NCBI GenBank assembly: GCA_950097015.1
Contig: CATNEN010000033.1
Span: 1 to 64,000, forward strand
DNA length: 64,000 bases
Reading direction: 5' to 3'
From: Macrostomum hystrix
Lineage: Eukaryota > Animalia > Platyhelminthes
Shown: one piece after another, positions 24,190 to 36,395 of the stretch
Numbering within the stretch: position 1 is the stretch's first letter
Layout: each line of letters opens with the position of its first letter
Made by a program: the position numbers and the translations under genes
The notes under the pieces: model-generated
What the model was told of the DNA's origin: nothing
Databases searched by the model: none
The model's input: the letters and a program-made list of their open reading frames with translations, nothing else

Positions 24190-24670
24190 ACTGTCACTCC
24201 ATGAGGCGAGATTCTGATCTGTCACTCCATGAGGCGAGATTCTGGTCTGTCACTCTATGAGGTGGGGTTATGATCTGTCACTCTATGAGGTGGGGTTATG
24301 ATCTGTCACTCTATGAGGTGGGGTTATGATCTGTCACTCTATGAGGTGGGTTATGATCTGTCACTCTATGAGGTGGGGTTATGATCTGTCACTCTATGAG
24401 GTGGGTTATGATCTGTCACTCTATGAGGTGGGTTATGATCTGTCACTCTATGAGGTGGGTTATGATCTGTCACTCTATGAGGTGGGGTTATGATCTGTCA
24501 CTCTATGAGGTGGGTTATGATCTGTCACTCTATGAGGTGGGGTTATCAACTGTCACTCTATGAGGTGGGGTTATGATCTGTCACTCTATGAGGTGGGGTT
24601 ATGATCTGTCACTCTATGAGGTGGGGTTATGATCTGTCGCTCTCTAGGAGACGAGATTCTGATCTGTCAC
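24190..24670. repeat. 27-28-bp minisatellite (gatctgtcactctatgaggtggggttat)
   Basis: Tandem copies. Confidence 0.95.
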
Positions 24671-25479
24671 AATGTAAGAAATTATTCTTTTCTGTTTAAA
24701 TTTTTTGTTGAGATTATTCAGTCGCAGCCCGCAAAAGCCTATGACCTTTGATGGTAGTCGCTAAAAATTGTCTTCTATTGTACCCATTCGCTTTATTGTC
24801 GCCAGGCATTGTCACTCTGCTGCTAAGCGGAAGTCTTGCTGTGTCCCAAGGCAATCCAGCTGAGATTCTGAGAGCCCAGTTCTCCAAAGCAGTTTTCTTT
24901 CATCGTTCGTACTCGATTGTGAGGCTTTAGTGTTAATAAAAGCAAACTCTGCAGCTGAGCCGTAGTGCCTACCTGCCTGCTGGAACCAGCTCCTGTGTCT
25001 GTTGCCACCCCGCCCAATTCCCCCCGCCTACCAAACACGGCCTCTTCAATTCCAGCCATCCGCTGCGGCCCAATCCGGATCTCCCATCCTCCCATTTTCT
25101 TTCTTCCTTAGATTTTTTAATAAAAACTGCACCCGACCAGAAAAATCTTGGCCCAGTGGAGAGAGAGAGAGAGAGTTCACGCTGCGCCCTCCAGTTCTTC
25201 AATAGCTTGTAAAGCTCGCCTGCTGATTGGCGTTCTGTAGCTGTGGCCGCGGTGCACATACCGCATGACTTGTTAAACATTTGTTCTTTGCGCAATCCAT
25301 TTTTTGTTATTTCATAATTCCATGCCAAATGCGATCAAATTAAGGGGAGCGTAAAACACTTGGATTTCAGATTAAACTCTCCCCTTTTTTGCACCTCATT
25401 AGTGAAGCTCATTGGTAAGTCATTCTCTATTTTCCCTTGTAACATTCTTATTCTTAATAATATAATTTATTACACATTC

Positions 25480-27292
25480 GAGTGGGAGAGAGTTGATAAG
25501 AGTGGGAGAGAGAGTTGATAAGAGTGGGAGAGAGAGTTGATGAGAGTGGGAGAGAGAGTTGATGAGAGTGGGAGAGAGAGTTGATGAGAGTGGGAGAGAG
25601 AGTTGATGAGAGTGGGAAAGAGAGAGAGTTGATGAGATTGGGAGAGAGAGTTGATAAGAGTGGGAGAAAGAGTTGATGAGAGTGGGAGAGAGAGTTGGTG
25701 AGAGTGGGAGAGAGAGAGTTGGTGAGAGTTGGTGAGAGTGGGAGAGAGAGTTGGTGAGAGTGGGAGAGAGAGTTAGTGAGAGTGGGAGAGAGAGTGTTGA
25801 TGAGAGTGGGAGAGAGAGAGTTGGTGAGAGTGGGAGAGAGAGTTGGTGAGAGTGGGAGAGAGAGAGTTGGTGAGAGTTGGTGAGAGTGAGAGAGAGAGTT
25901 GGTGAGAGTGGGAGAGAGAGTTGGTGAGAGTGGGAGAGAGAGTTGATGAGAGTGGGAGAGAGAGAGTTGGTGAGAGTGGGAGAGAGAGAGTTGGTGAGAG
26001 TGGGAGAGAGAGTTGGTGAGAGTGGGAGAGAGAGTTGGTGAGAGTGGGAGAGAGAGAGTTGGTGAGAGTTGGTGAGAGTGAGAGAGAGAGTTGGTGAGAG
26101 TGGGAGAGAGAGAGTTGGTGAGAGTGGGAGAGAGAGTTGGTGAGAGTGGGAGAGAGAGTTGATGAGAGTGGGAGAGAGAGTTGGTGAGAGTGGGAGAGAG
26201 AGTTGGTGAGAGTGGGAGAGAGAGTTGGTGAGAGTGGGAGAGAGAGAGTTGGTGAGAGTGGGAGAGAGAGTTGGTGAGAGTGGGAGAGAGAGTTGATGAG
26301 AGTGGGAAAGAGAGAGAGTTGATGAGATTGGGAGAGAGAGTTGATAAGAGTGGGAGAAAGAGTTGATGAGAGTGGGAGAGAGAGTTGGTGAGAGTGGGAG
26401 AGAGAGAGTTGGTGAGAGTTGGTGAGAGTGGGAGAGAGAGTTGGTGAGAGTGGGAGAGAGAGTTAGTGAGAGTGGGAGAGAGAGTGTTGATGAGAGTGGG
26501 AGAGAGAGAGTTGGTGAGAGTGGGAGAGAGAGTTGGTGAGAGTGGGAGAGAGAGTTGGTGAGAGTGGGAGAGAGAGAGTTGGTGAGAGTTGGTGAGAGTG
26601 AGAGAGAGAGTTGGTGAGAGTGGGAGAGAGAGTTGGTGAGAGTGGGAGAGAGAGTTGATGAGAGTGGGAGAGAGAGAGTTGGTGAGAGTGGGAGAGAGAG
26701 AGTTGGTGAGAGTGGGAGAGAGAGTTGGTGAGAGTGGGAGAGAGAGTTGGTGAGAGTGGGAGAGAGAGAGTTGGTGAGAGTTGGTGAGAGTGAGAGAGAG
26801 AGTTGGTGAGAGTGGGAGAGAGAGTTGGTGAGAGTGGGAGAGAGAGTTGATGAGAGTGGGAGAGAGAGAGTTGGTGAGAGTGGGAGAGAGAGAGTTGGTG
26901 AGAGTGGGAGAGAGAGTTGATGAGAGTGGGAGAGAGAGTTGGTGAGAGTGGGAGAGAGAGAGTTGGTGAGAGTGGGAGAGAGAGTTGGTGAGAGTGGGAG
27001 AGAGAGTTGATGAGAGTGGGAGAGAGAGTTGGTGAGAGTGGGAGAGAGAGTTGGTGAGAGTGGGAGAGAGAGTTGGTGAGAGTGGGAGAGAGAGAGTTGG
27101 TGAGAGTGGGAGAGAGAGTTGGTGAGAGTGGGAGAGAGAGTTGATGAGAGTGGGAGAGAGAGTTGGTGAGAGTGGGAGAGAGAGAGTTGGTGAGAGTGGG
27201 AGAGAGAGTTGGTGAGAGTGGGAGAGAGAGTTGATGAGAGTGGGAGAGAGAGTTGGTGAGAGTGGGAGCGAGAGTTGGTGAGAGTGGGAGAG
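25480..27292. repeat. Purine-rich minisatellite (gagagtgggagagagagttggt)
   Basis: 1.8-kb array, essentially C-free on the + strand. Confidence 0.97.
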
Positions 27293-27974
27293 TAGCAGAA
27301 GTACTATGAACCATCCTATGCAGGATAGCTGGCAAACTCTGTCTTAAGTGTCTGATCCTCCTATATCGGTTTAGAAGGAATACAAATATTAATAATGATA
27401 ATTATTTTAGTCACTAAAGTGAGCATAATGATGGCGGCATAGTTCGCCTGGTGCCTAATTTATTCAGCATTCAGCATCCCAAGCCATAATCTAATGTGGG
27501 ACTAATGACTAGCTATTCTCCCTTTCCTTTTCCCTCCCACTTTCTCTTCATATTCTGCTTTAGTGCAGAAATCTCTGCTTTATTAAACTGCATTTATTTT
27601 CTACTATTGATTTCTGAGAGAGCCGCGCCATTTGCTGACGGTTTGTCTTTAGAACTTTATGAAAGTGGCCCCATTCACAGCTGAATTAGATTTGCTGATT
27701 GATTCAGCTTTCATTCAGAATCAGGAGCTCATGGCTCAGATGCAGTGCGTTTCCAAGTTACGAAGGCCCGGATAACTGGAGCCTGCAGTCAGTAGCCTTA
27801 GCCCGTCTGATCTGCCTGACAAGGGAAAAATGAATTTTGGATTTCTGCTTCATTCTTTTGGCTTCTCTCTGCCTGCCCCCGGGTCAGGCAGCAATGTACA
27901 TAACCCAACAGGTTCAGATACTGTCTGCATAGCAGCGAATCCTGCCCTTGAAACACCTCCCCTACTGATTTCTC

Positions 27975-28440
27975 TGCCTCTCTTGTCTCATCTCTTCCCT
28001 GTCTCATCACTCACCTGTGTCATTCATCTCTCTCCTGTCTTATATCTATCCCTTCTCATCTCTCCCCTGTCTCATCTCTCCCCAGTGACATCTCTCCCTG
28101 TCTTATCTCTCCCCTGTCTCATCTCTCCCTGTCTCATCTCTCCCTGTCTCATCTCTCCCTGTCTCATCTCTGCCCTGTGACATCTCTCCCTGTCTTATCT
28201 CTCCTCTGTCTCATCTCTGCCCTGTATCATCTCTCCCCTGTGTCATCTCTCCTCTGTCTCATCTCTGCCCTGTATCATCTCTCCCCTGTGTCACCTCTCC
28301 CCTGTGTCACCTCTCCCCTGTCTCATCTCTCCCCTGTCTCATCTCTCCCCTGTCTCATCTCTCCCCTGTCTCATCTCTCCCCTGTCTCATCTCTCCCCTG
28401 TCTCATCTCTCCCCTGTCTTAATTCTCCCCTGTCTCATCT
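27975..28440. repeat. 16-bp minisatellite (catctctcccctgtct)
   Basis: Tandem copies; the same unit recurs at 30232-30390. Confidence 0.95.
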
Positions 28441-28884
28441 TTCCTCGGCGATTGGTGTGAGCTCCGAAATGAGGAGATTGAGTGGCTGGTAGTATGCGGG
28501 GCATTGAATATGCTAAACTGGTGGGACCAGCGGCCATCCGGAAGTGCCTATTTGTAGGACAGGCCCCGCGGCAAAACCCCATGCAGTATGTGCAGTAGTC
28601 CATTCAATTCAATTTTCGTCCTTGTCAATGAGCAGCCTGCCCCATGCTCCATATGGTTCGACTATGTTAGGCAGGCGATCATGATTGAATGCCTGAATTG
28701 TTCGCTGACTATGATGTGTCCCCAGTAGCTATCCCAGCTCGGCATTGTCTGATTCTTTCTGCTCATTTTTCCCACGCGTGCACTGATTGTCCGCCTTAGT
28801 CTCACCAGAAATTGGAATTTTAACTGACTAAGTTTACCTGTCTACGTGTTTTTTCAGTTCATGATTCTTAAAATATTTCTGTGT

Positions 28885-29320
28885 TTCTCTGTTTATCTCT
28901 ACTCCTTCTCAGTTTATCTCTACTCCTTCTCAGTTTATCTCTACTCCTTCTCAGTTTATCTCTACTCCTTCTCAGTTTATCTCTACTCCTTCTCAGTTTA
29001 TCTCTACTCCTCAGTTTATCTCTACTCCTCAGTTTATCTCTACTCCTTCTCAGTTTATCTCTACTCCTTCTCAGTTTATCTCTACTCCTTCTCAGTTTAT
29101 CTCTACTCCTTCTCAGTTTATCTCTACTCCTTCTCAGTTTATCTCTACTCCTTCTCAGTTTATCTCTACTCCTTCTCAGTTTATCTCTACTCCTTCTCAG
29201 TTTATCTCTACTCCTTCTCAGTTTATCTCTACTCCTTCTCAGTTTATCTCTACTCCTTCTCCGTTTATCTCTACTCCTTCTCCGTTTATCTCTACTCCTT
29301 CTCCGTTTATCTCTACTCCT
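28885..29320. repeat. 21-bp minisatellite (cagtttatctctactccttct)
   Basis: Tandem copies; source of the SVYLYSF repeat ORF. Confidence 0.97.
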
Positions 29321-30231
29321 CTCTCCACCAGTCTCTCAACTTTGCCCACCCAATTTTCGAGCCTGCTGAGCAGTCAGTCAATACTGAGCAGACTGACTGT
29401 TCTCAAGCAAGTGTATCGAACTTGTGCTTCTAGTAGCAGAAAACTTCTCAAAGAAAAAATCGGTCGCATTCTCACAGAAGAAAGCGTAAAGTTTTGTTTG
29501 ACGAAACTAAATGTATTTCTTCTGCCAGCTTTGCCAAATTTGCCAGCTACGCTCGTATAGACAGTCGCATTGTGAGATAGGAGCATGGTGCCCTTTTAGA
29601 ATAAATTAGCACTCGGTTGAGCACACCACACTGCTGTGCTAATGCCTATGCACTGTCGTGTCCGCCCCTGGCCAACCGGTTGAGTCCGTCGCCTCTGCTA
29701 TGCTCAATTATTAACTACGGCCAGGTACAGCGGATCAGCTTGAGTTCACTCTATCAGCCCTGAGTTCCGTCTATAGATCTAACATAGTAAAGCAGAATCA
29801 TTTTTTAATAGGCAGTTTTTTTACATTTTAGACAGCTGTAGGTAGGGGCATTGTAAATGAGATGGCTGGTGGTACGGTTGACTGTTTGGCCAATAGTCTA
29901 ACTAGTGACTAATTGTTATGAACTTGTTCAGTGGAAGCTGAAAATAATTAACAATAGAAACACCGTGTCTGACAGAGGAGATCCGCACGAGGTGAGACTG
30001 CTTTAGTAGATTGCTTAAAGACATTAGAGATGGTTTACCAGCTTAGGGGAATTCGGAAACTCCGCGTGGGATTATTTGCTTAATAGGAATAATTGACCAG
30101 ATTTGGTTACAGTGCTTGGACCATAGATAGATCTAAGAAACATACTGGAGTGAGCTAGAGGGTGAAATAATGTTACGGCCATAGACGAAACTACGACTGC
30201 TGTCATTATCATAAAGGCTCTAATTTTTTTA

Positions 30232-30462
30232 AGCCCGTCTTATCTCTCCCTTGTCTTATCTCTCCCCTGTCTCATCTCTCCCTTGTCTTATCTCTCCCCT
30301 GTCTCATCTCTCCCCTGTCTCATCTCTCCCTTGTCTTATCTCTCCCCTGTCTCATCTCTCCCCTGTCTCATCTTTCCCTGTCTCATTCTCATTCCTTCTC
30401 ATTGCTTGCAATGCTCCCCTCATTCTCATTCTCATTCTCATTCTCATTCTCATTCTCACTCA
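30232..30462. repeat. 16-bp minisatellite followed by (CATTCT)n
   Basis: Tandem copies. Confidence 0.9.
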
Positions 30463-30529
30463 TTCTCAAAAAGCCGCTTAACTCTGCAAGTCTGAAACCC
30501 AAAAAAATTATTGTTTTGTCTATGGCCTA

Positions 30530-30893
30530 GGGGGTCGGTGGCAGAGCGGTTAACGCGTTTGCCTCTCACACCATGGTCCCTAAGTTCGATTCAGCGGCGA
30601 GGCCGCATTCATTTGGGGCGCAGCCGCGGAGAGAAGGCTGGGGGCTTGTCGTGCAATTTACGCCCTTGAGGGCCAACCTCCAAGGCACAGTGAGAGTGTA
30701 CACTGCCTGACGATGAGAAAGTCAGGGCAGATGTACACACCTGTGTGAGCGTGTGCCTGCGTACAGTATCTGTGTGCTCAGGAGTCAGCGAACCGGGCAG
30801 AATTGCCTCCTCGCTGGCTGCGGGTCTAGTGTCACCAAATGATGTGACATTGCCCGCAGCCCTCCTGCAATTAGTACGAGTATTATTATTTCT
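30530..30893 (+). mobile_element. tRNA-derived SINE family B, copy 1
   Basis: Head gggggtcggtggcagagcggttaacgcgtttgcctctc with A box tggcagagcgg and B-box-like gttcgattc; body aligns with 60857-61235; short att tail. Confidence 0.85.
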
Positions 30894-31959
30894 ATGGCCT
30901 CGAGACGAAAGGTCATTAAAAGACCTCTGAAATCTTGCTGCAATAAATTTCTGTCAAGCGTCAAGGTGTTCAATAATATGAGTCCACCAATTTCGACTAA
31001 CTTTAAAGAAATTCCTACAGACAGTTTTCCCAAGCTCTCCTCACCGATTCTCCCAATCACTAGTTAGATCCCAGGTGAGGATCTCGCCGGGGATTTGTAG
31101 CAGAGGCCAGATGAATTAGAAATTGTCTTCTTCATCTCTCTAACGAAGAAACTAGGGATCAGAAAATGCAGATCGATCGTGATTTCCCCACTAATGAGAA
31201 GCCGTCTCGTGCCTGCCTGCAAGGGAAATCCTTCCCAATTTTCCCTGCAGAAGAATTTGAATTTTCAAATCAATTAAATTAATTGACTTTTTGCAATCCC
31301 TCAGCTCTGTTGGGTTGAAAATTGCAACGCTCATTTCCAAGATGTCCAATTAAAAAAATATTCTTATTTCTAAGAAAGCAATAGCTTTGCTAAAACAATT
31401 TTTCAATTGATTGAGCGGCAAAAAATCTTTCGCTGACTCTTGTACTCGTACTCGTGGCGAAGAAGAAATAAAAAAAATTTTTTTTTTCTTAATTCTCATA
31501 ATATAATTCGCGTCGCCGAGCGGTCGGGGCAGGGCAGGAGGCAGGGATTGAAGAGTGCAATCGAATCACTTGACGGGGCGTCAAAATATTCGTCAGTGTT
31601 TTTCTCTCCGCATACAACTGAACAAGCGGCAGCCGTGTCCGTGCCAACATTGCGGGGTTAAAACTCTCGCCGCTGCGGTACACGGCAGCCACCCCAATAC
31701 CAGGTGTAAGTGCCTACCTAGGAACCCACCTCCCTCCGCCACCTTCTGTCTGCTATCGGCATTCTATATTCAACTGTTCTGTTTTAGAAGCCAGACTGCA
31801 GCAGGCTGGTATAAGCCTACGGTTGGCTGAGGGACGTTGCTGAGGGATGACGCTGGGATTCCGCTTTGCCGACTCGTCTGTACGATTTTGTCTGTGGCCT
31901 AAATTGGTTGATTCCGATCTGATTTAACTGCGATTCTTTTGGGCACCGCTCAGTTTCTC

Positions 31960-32100
31960 AACTCTATACTCTCAACTCTCTTCTCTCTACTCTCTACTCT
32001 CTACTCTCTACTCTCTACTCTCCACTCTCTACTCTCTACTCTCTACTCTCTACTCTCTACTCTCTACTCTCTACTCTCTACTCTCTACTCTCTGCTCTCC
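31960..32100. repeat. (CTCTACT)n 7-bp repeat
   Basis: Tandem copies. Confidence 0.95.
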
Positions 32101-32354
32101 AATCTGTCTAATTCCCACTTCCCATCCAATTCAAGCAAGCTGGCTTGATTCGCAGACAAGTCAGCCGACTTTCAGCTGAGTGTGCAGTCGCGAAGCTTTT
32201 ATTGGAACAAAAATGTTGATGATGGAAGCCCTTACACTGAAATCCTGATGGACTAGATGGCGGCTCGGAGATTAGACTCAAAACAGGGGTCTAAAGCATG
32301 TGCGGCCCTCCACTCTCTGCTTTTAGCTTTTCCGCTCTCGCTTCTCCCACCTCC

Positions 32355-32425
32355 GTCCTCCCGGCTCGCTACTGAGTCCCGGCTCGCTACTGAGTCCCGG
32401 CTCGCTACTGAGTCCCGGCTCGCCA
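32355..32425. repeat. 18-bp repeat (cccggctcgctactgagt), 3-4 copies
   Basis: Tandem copies. Confidence 0.9.
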
Positions 32426-33584
32426 GTCACCGTAAGGAAGGCTGCGAGTTCCATTCCCCTGAGCAGCCATGCGGTCAGGTTGAGTAGCTCAGCTGGCCGG
32501 CACGATTCTCTTTTTGGCCAGCCTCTGCAACATCCCCCACCCGCCTCAGCTGCAGTTATTAATGATCTGTTATTAAAATTCCCGATCCCGCCTATACCGG
32601 CCTAGAGAGACCTAGAGTGTGCTGAGCCGGTCATTTTAGTCAGAGAATAACACACGTCAGGTAACTTTGACAGTTACGAACTTTTATTGACATGGGATCA
32701 AAGCTAGAAGCTAGAAGTTGGCAGAATAAAATTTTGGCTACTAAATTAGCCTTTAGTTATATTGATTCAGCTTAAATGTGTATCATTAATTTTATCTATA
32801 AATTTAAAGATTTCTATTGAAAATTCTCCTATCTTTACTAACAGTAGCCAATATAGCTTTTTCGTTTGAAAAGCATTAAAAAGGGACAAAGAATGCGTTT
32901 AATTATAAACAATAAGTAGTTACACATGTACAGCAGATTAAGTAGTACATGAATGTACAGCGATGTACAGCGACATGGCCATACACTGTGCACATGACTG
33001 GATAGTATTAGTTACATCTCTATTAGATTTTTTCTCTAGACAATGTACAATATGAGAAGCGGTGTATTCCTCTAATAGCCTCAAGACTAGTTAAGAAGGC
33101 GACGATGCACTCTAAATTTTAATGGATTCCAACTCAACAGCAGACATTAAACAGGCCGATGAAGCTACTCAGAGCCCATGATGCCGGGTTTCGCCAGCCG
33201 GACATTCTGCTCGGCATGAATTTATGCAAACCAGCTGTTAACAAGTGTGGGATAAAAAATGTGCACAGCGAAAATGACATCCCGTCAAGGCAGTCTTGAG
33301 CCGCCTCGGCAGCAGTCCCATAGCGAAGAATTTGAGTCCGAATCGCTCACTTTGCATCTAACGAAATTAGCTCAGAATTAACGACCAGCTCAGCAGTTGC
33401 TGGGATCAGCACGGAAACTCGAAACCTGCTTGTCTCGCGGTCCTCAGGGAGCGAATGGGGCGCTTATTGGCAACAATCTATTCTACGATACTTCCCCATC
33501 CAATTTCTGATCAAATGCCAGAACTGATCGAAAACGGACTCTCTGGGTGCATGATGAGTTTGAAATGCAACTTTTAATTGATTA

Positions 33585-34319
33585 CGAGGGGCATTCAAAA
33601 ATTTTTGGCAACTGGTCTACTATTCAAAAACAGTAACTGCAAAAAACAACTGAACATGTTACAATCCTTCAATGTAGTCTCCCCCTCTCTCAATGCACTT
33701 TTGGTGCCGCCGAATCCATGCTTCGAATGCGCCATGGTACTCAGAAGCAGGTATGGCCTTCAGCTCTGAATTGATGCATCTAGCCAGGTCCTGGCATCGG
33801 TGAAAATTCCGTCCTGCCAGCCGTTCAGTGAGCTTGGCGAACACCCAGAAGTCGCAGGGAGCCAAGTCAGGACTGTAGGGTGGGTGTCGGATGGTCTTGA
33901 TGTTGTTGGCTGCCAGAAAGTTGGTCGTCAGGGCCGCTGTGTGACTGGAGGCATTGTCATGGTGCAGGTGAACTTGCCCAGCTTGAAGCCGTGAGGGCTG
34001 AGTTGCATGAAGTGACGCCATGACTTGTGGCAGAACTGTACCGGAGTAGAAGCTAGCGTTCACATTCTGTCCATTAGGCACCTTTATGACGGCCACGGGC
34101 CCAGATGTGCTGATGAAGATGACGAACATCTCCTTCCGGGACCGAAAGCTGGACCGCAGGACAGTCGGCCTCGCGTCTCCAGAGCCCACCCAGGCCTTGT
34201 TCTGCATCTTCTGGGGCACTTGAAAATTAAAAAAACATTTCTCATCACCTGTAACGACGTCGGAAAGCCTCTGGCTGCCTCCTGGACCGAAGTTTTTGAA
34301 ACTTTTTGAATGCCCCTCT
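33585..34319 (-). mobile_element. Mariner (DD34D) transposon, internally deleted derivative
   Basis: TIRs cgaggggcattcaaaaa (33585) and tttttgaatgcccctct (to 34319), each flanked by TA. The reading frame gives VVTGDEK...HHDNASSH...HPPYSPDLAPCDFW, with 34 residues between the second and third Asp. No N-terminal HTH region. Confidence 0.92.
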
Positions 34320-34832
34320 TAATATCTCTACAAACTCGAGATCTTTCAATCGGAGGCTGTTAAGAGGCAGCTGTTCCACCTTCTCTCTGTCACATTCTCT
34401 AACACACTGCCTAACACGCACGCCTTCTTAAAAAATAATCAAGTCTGACTTCAGTTCGACGTATGCAGAACGTCAGAACGTCGCGATATTCAACGGTTCT
34501 CTCCGTGTAGTCGCTAATGCATTATAAGTTCACAGCCCTGTAAAAGCGTTCAGCTTTCATGAGTTTGTCAACCACGCATGCTTGCACGATCATCATCTGA
34601 GAATTGGTCAAGGTGTCAATTCGCATCTTGGTACTCGTACTACTAAAACGTGCGGAAACATAGCTTGAAATTCTTACTGTTAAAAAATGCTGCGAAATTT
34701 GTTTTTTTCCCTAACAATTTAACAAATTAAACAAATTGTTAAATTTGTTTAAATATTTCAGAGGATCTCTTGGAGCTGACAGACACTCGATTGGCCCAGC
34801 CAGCACGGCCAGCACGTCCAATAGGCTGAGCG

Positions 34833-36395
34833 ATGCTCTACGTTCCCTCCTACATGAGCCCGAGCGGGGGCGGTCTGGGCAACATGGGCCACTCGCGCGA
34901 GGACCTCAGCATGTCTGGCGGAGGAGGCGCCGGATCCGACAATCGGCAGCAGAGCCAGCGGCGCAGCCGGAAGCAGAGGAAGCCGAGCGGCGGTCTGGGG
35001 CGGAGCAAGCTGGTGCGATTCGAATCGCGGACCTCGCACCTGCGCCTCTACCGCCAGAGGCGGCAGCAGCAGAAGCTGCAGGCAGACGATGACAACGACG
35101 ACGAGGAGGAGTCCGCGGTCAGGATAATTTCCGAAGAAGACGATGGCGACGATGACGAGACTCAGAACTCTCGGGACGACTCGCGCTTCCAGTCGAATTC
35201 CGCTGCGTCCACCCGGCACCTGGCGTCGGTTGACACGCCAGCATCGGCAGTCTTTCACGACTGTCACATGCTGGGCTGCGAGAGGGTCCGCTTGAACGTC
35301 TCCGGCATGCACTTTGAGACTCGACTTGGCGTACTCAACCAGCACCCGCGAACTCTGCTCGGCAATCCGCAGAAGAGGGCGCGCTACTTCGACAGGCGAA
35401 GCCACGAGTACTTCTTCGATCGGCACCGGCCGACCTTCGAGGCCGTGTTCAACTACTACCAGTACGGCGGCAAGCTCAAGCGACCGCCAACCGTCACCGA
35501 CGACATCTTCCTGACCGAGCTGGAGTTCTACGAGATCGAACGAGAAGTGATCGACGCCTACAAGAAGGACGAGGGCTACATCTCCGAGACTGTGGTGCTG
35601 CCGGAGCACCCGTTCAAGCGGGCCGTGTGGATGCTGTTTGAGTACCCGGAGACTAGCGCCCCCGCCTTTCTGATTGCCATCGTCTCGGTGGTGTTCACCA
35701 TCCTGTCGATCATTCTGTTCTGTGCGGAAACTCTCAGCGAATTCAGAGGCACCCACTGCGTGCCATCCGGCCTGCCAAACTTCCTGGACCCGTTCTTTGT
35801 GGCCGAGTCTGCGTGCACCGCCTGGTTCACCATCGAACTTGTCGTTCGCTTCTTTGTCTGTCCCTGTAAGAAGGCCTTCATGAAGGACATCAAGAACGCG
35901 GTGGATCTATCAGCTATTGTACCTTATTATGTGACGCTAACTAATGTTCTCGTCACAATGAGCTGCGAGGGCGCAAGATCTAGTGCGTCCTTGGCCTTCC
36001 TCCGAGTGGTTCGCCTCATCCGCGTGTTCAAGCTGACCAAGCACTCGGCCGACCTGCAGGTTCTTGTGCTCACCTTCCGCGCCAGCATCGAGGGCCTGGG
36101 CCTGTTCCTCGTGGCCCTGATCGTCTGCATCCTGCTGTTCTCGTCCACCATCTACTATGTCGAGAGCGAGGTGCGCGGCTCGCAGATTGAAAGCATTCCG
36201 GATGCGTTCTGGTGGGCGGTGATCACCATGTGCACCGTCGGCTACGGTGACAAGGTGCCCAAGGGCCCGCTGGGCAAGATTGTCGGCTCCGTCTGCGCTG
36301 TGGCCGGCGTCCTGACCCTGGCCATTCCGGTGCCCATCATCACCGAGAACTTCAACAAGTTCTACACGCACAAGACTGGCCGCGGCAGGCACTGA
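34833..36395 (+). CDS. Shaker/Kv1-like voltage-gated potassium channel subunit, intronless CDS
   Basis: T1 domain (ERVRLNVSGMHFET...YFFDRHRPTFEAVFNYYQYGGKL), S1-S6 helices, S4 LRVVRLIRVFKLTKHS, pore FWWAVITMCTVGYGD, S6 LAIPVPII. Confidence 0.95.
   Translation: MLYVPSYMSPSGGGLGNMGHSREDLSMSGGGGAGSDNRQQSQRRSRKQRKPSGGLGRSKLVRFESRTSHLRLYRQRRQQQKLQADDDNDDEEESAVRIISEEDDGDDDETQNSRDDSRFQSNSAASTRHLASVDTPASAVFHDCHMLGCERVRLNVSGMHFETRLGVLNQHPRTLLGNPQKRARYFDRRSHEYFFDRHRPTFEAVFNYYQYGGKLKRPPTVTDDIFLTELEFYEIEREVIDAYKKDEGYISETVVLPEHPFKRAVWMLFEYPETSAPAFLIAIVSVVFTILSIILFCAETLSEFRGTHCVPSGLPNFLDPFFVAESACTAWFTIELVVRFFVCPCKKAFMKDIKNAVDLSAIVPYYVTLTNVLVTMSCEGARSSASLAFLRVVRLIRVFKLTKHSADLQVLVLTFRASIEGLGLFLVALIVCILLFSSTIYYVESEVRGSQIESIPDAFWWAVITMCTVGYGDKVPKGPLGKIVGSVCAVAGVLTLAIPVPIITENFNKFYTHKTGRGRH

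Noticed and set aside
26463-29433. Ser/Leu/His-rich and SVYLYSF repeat ORFs
   Set aside because: Products of minisatellites with no non-repetitive coding context.
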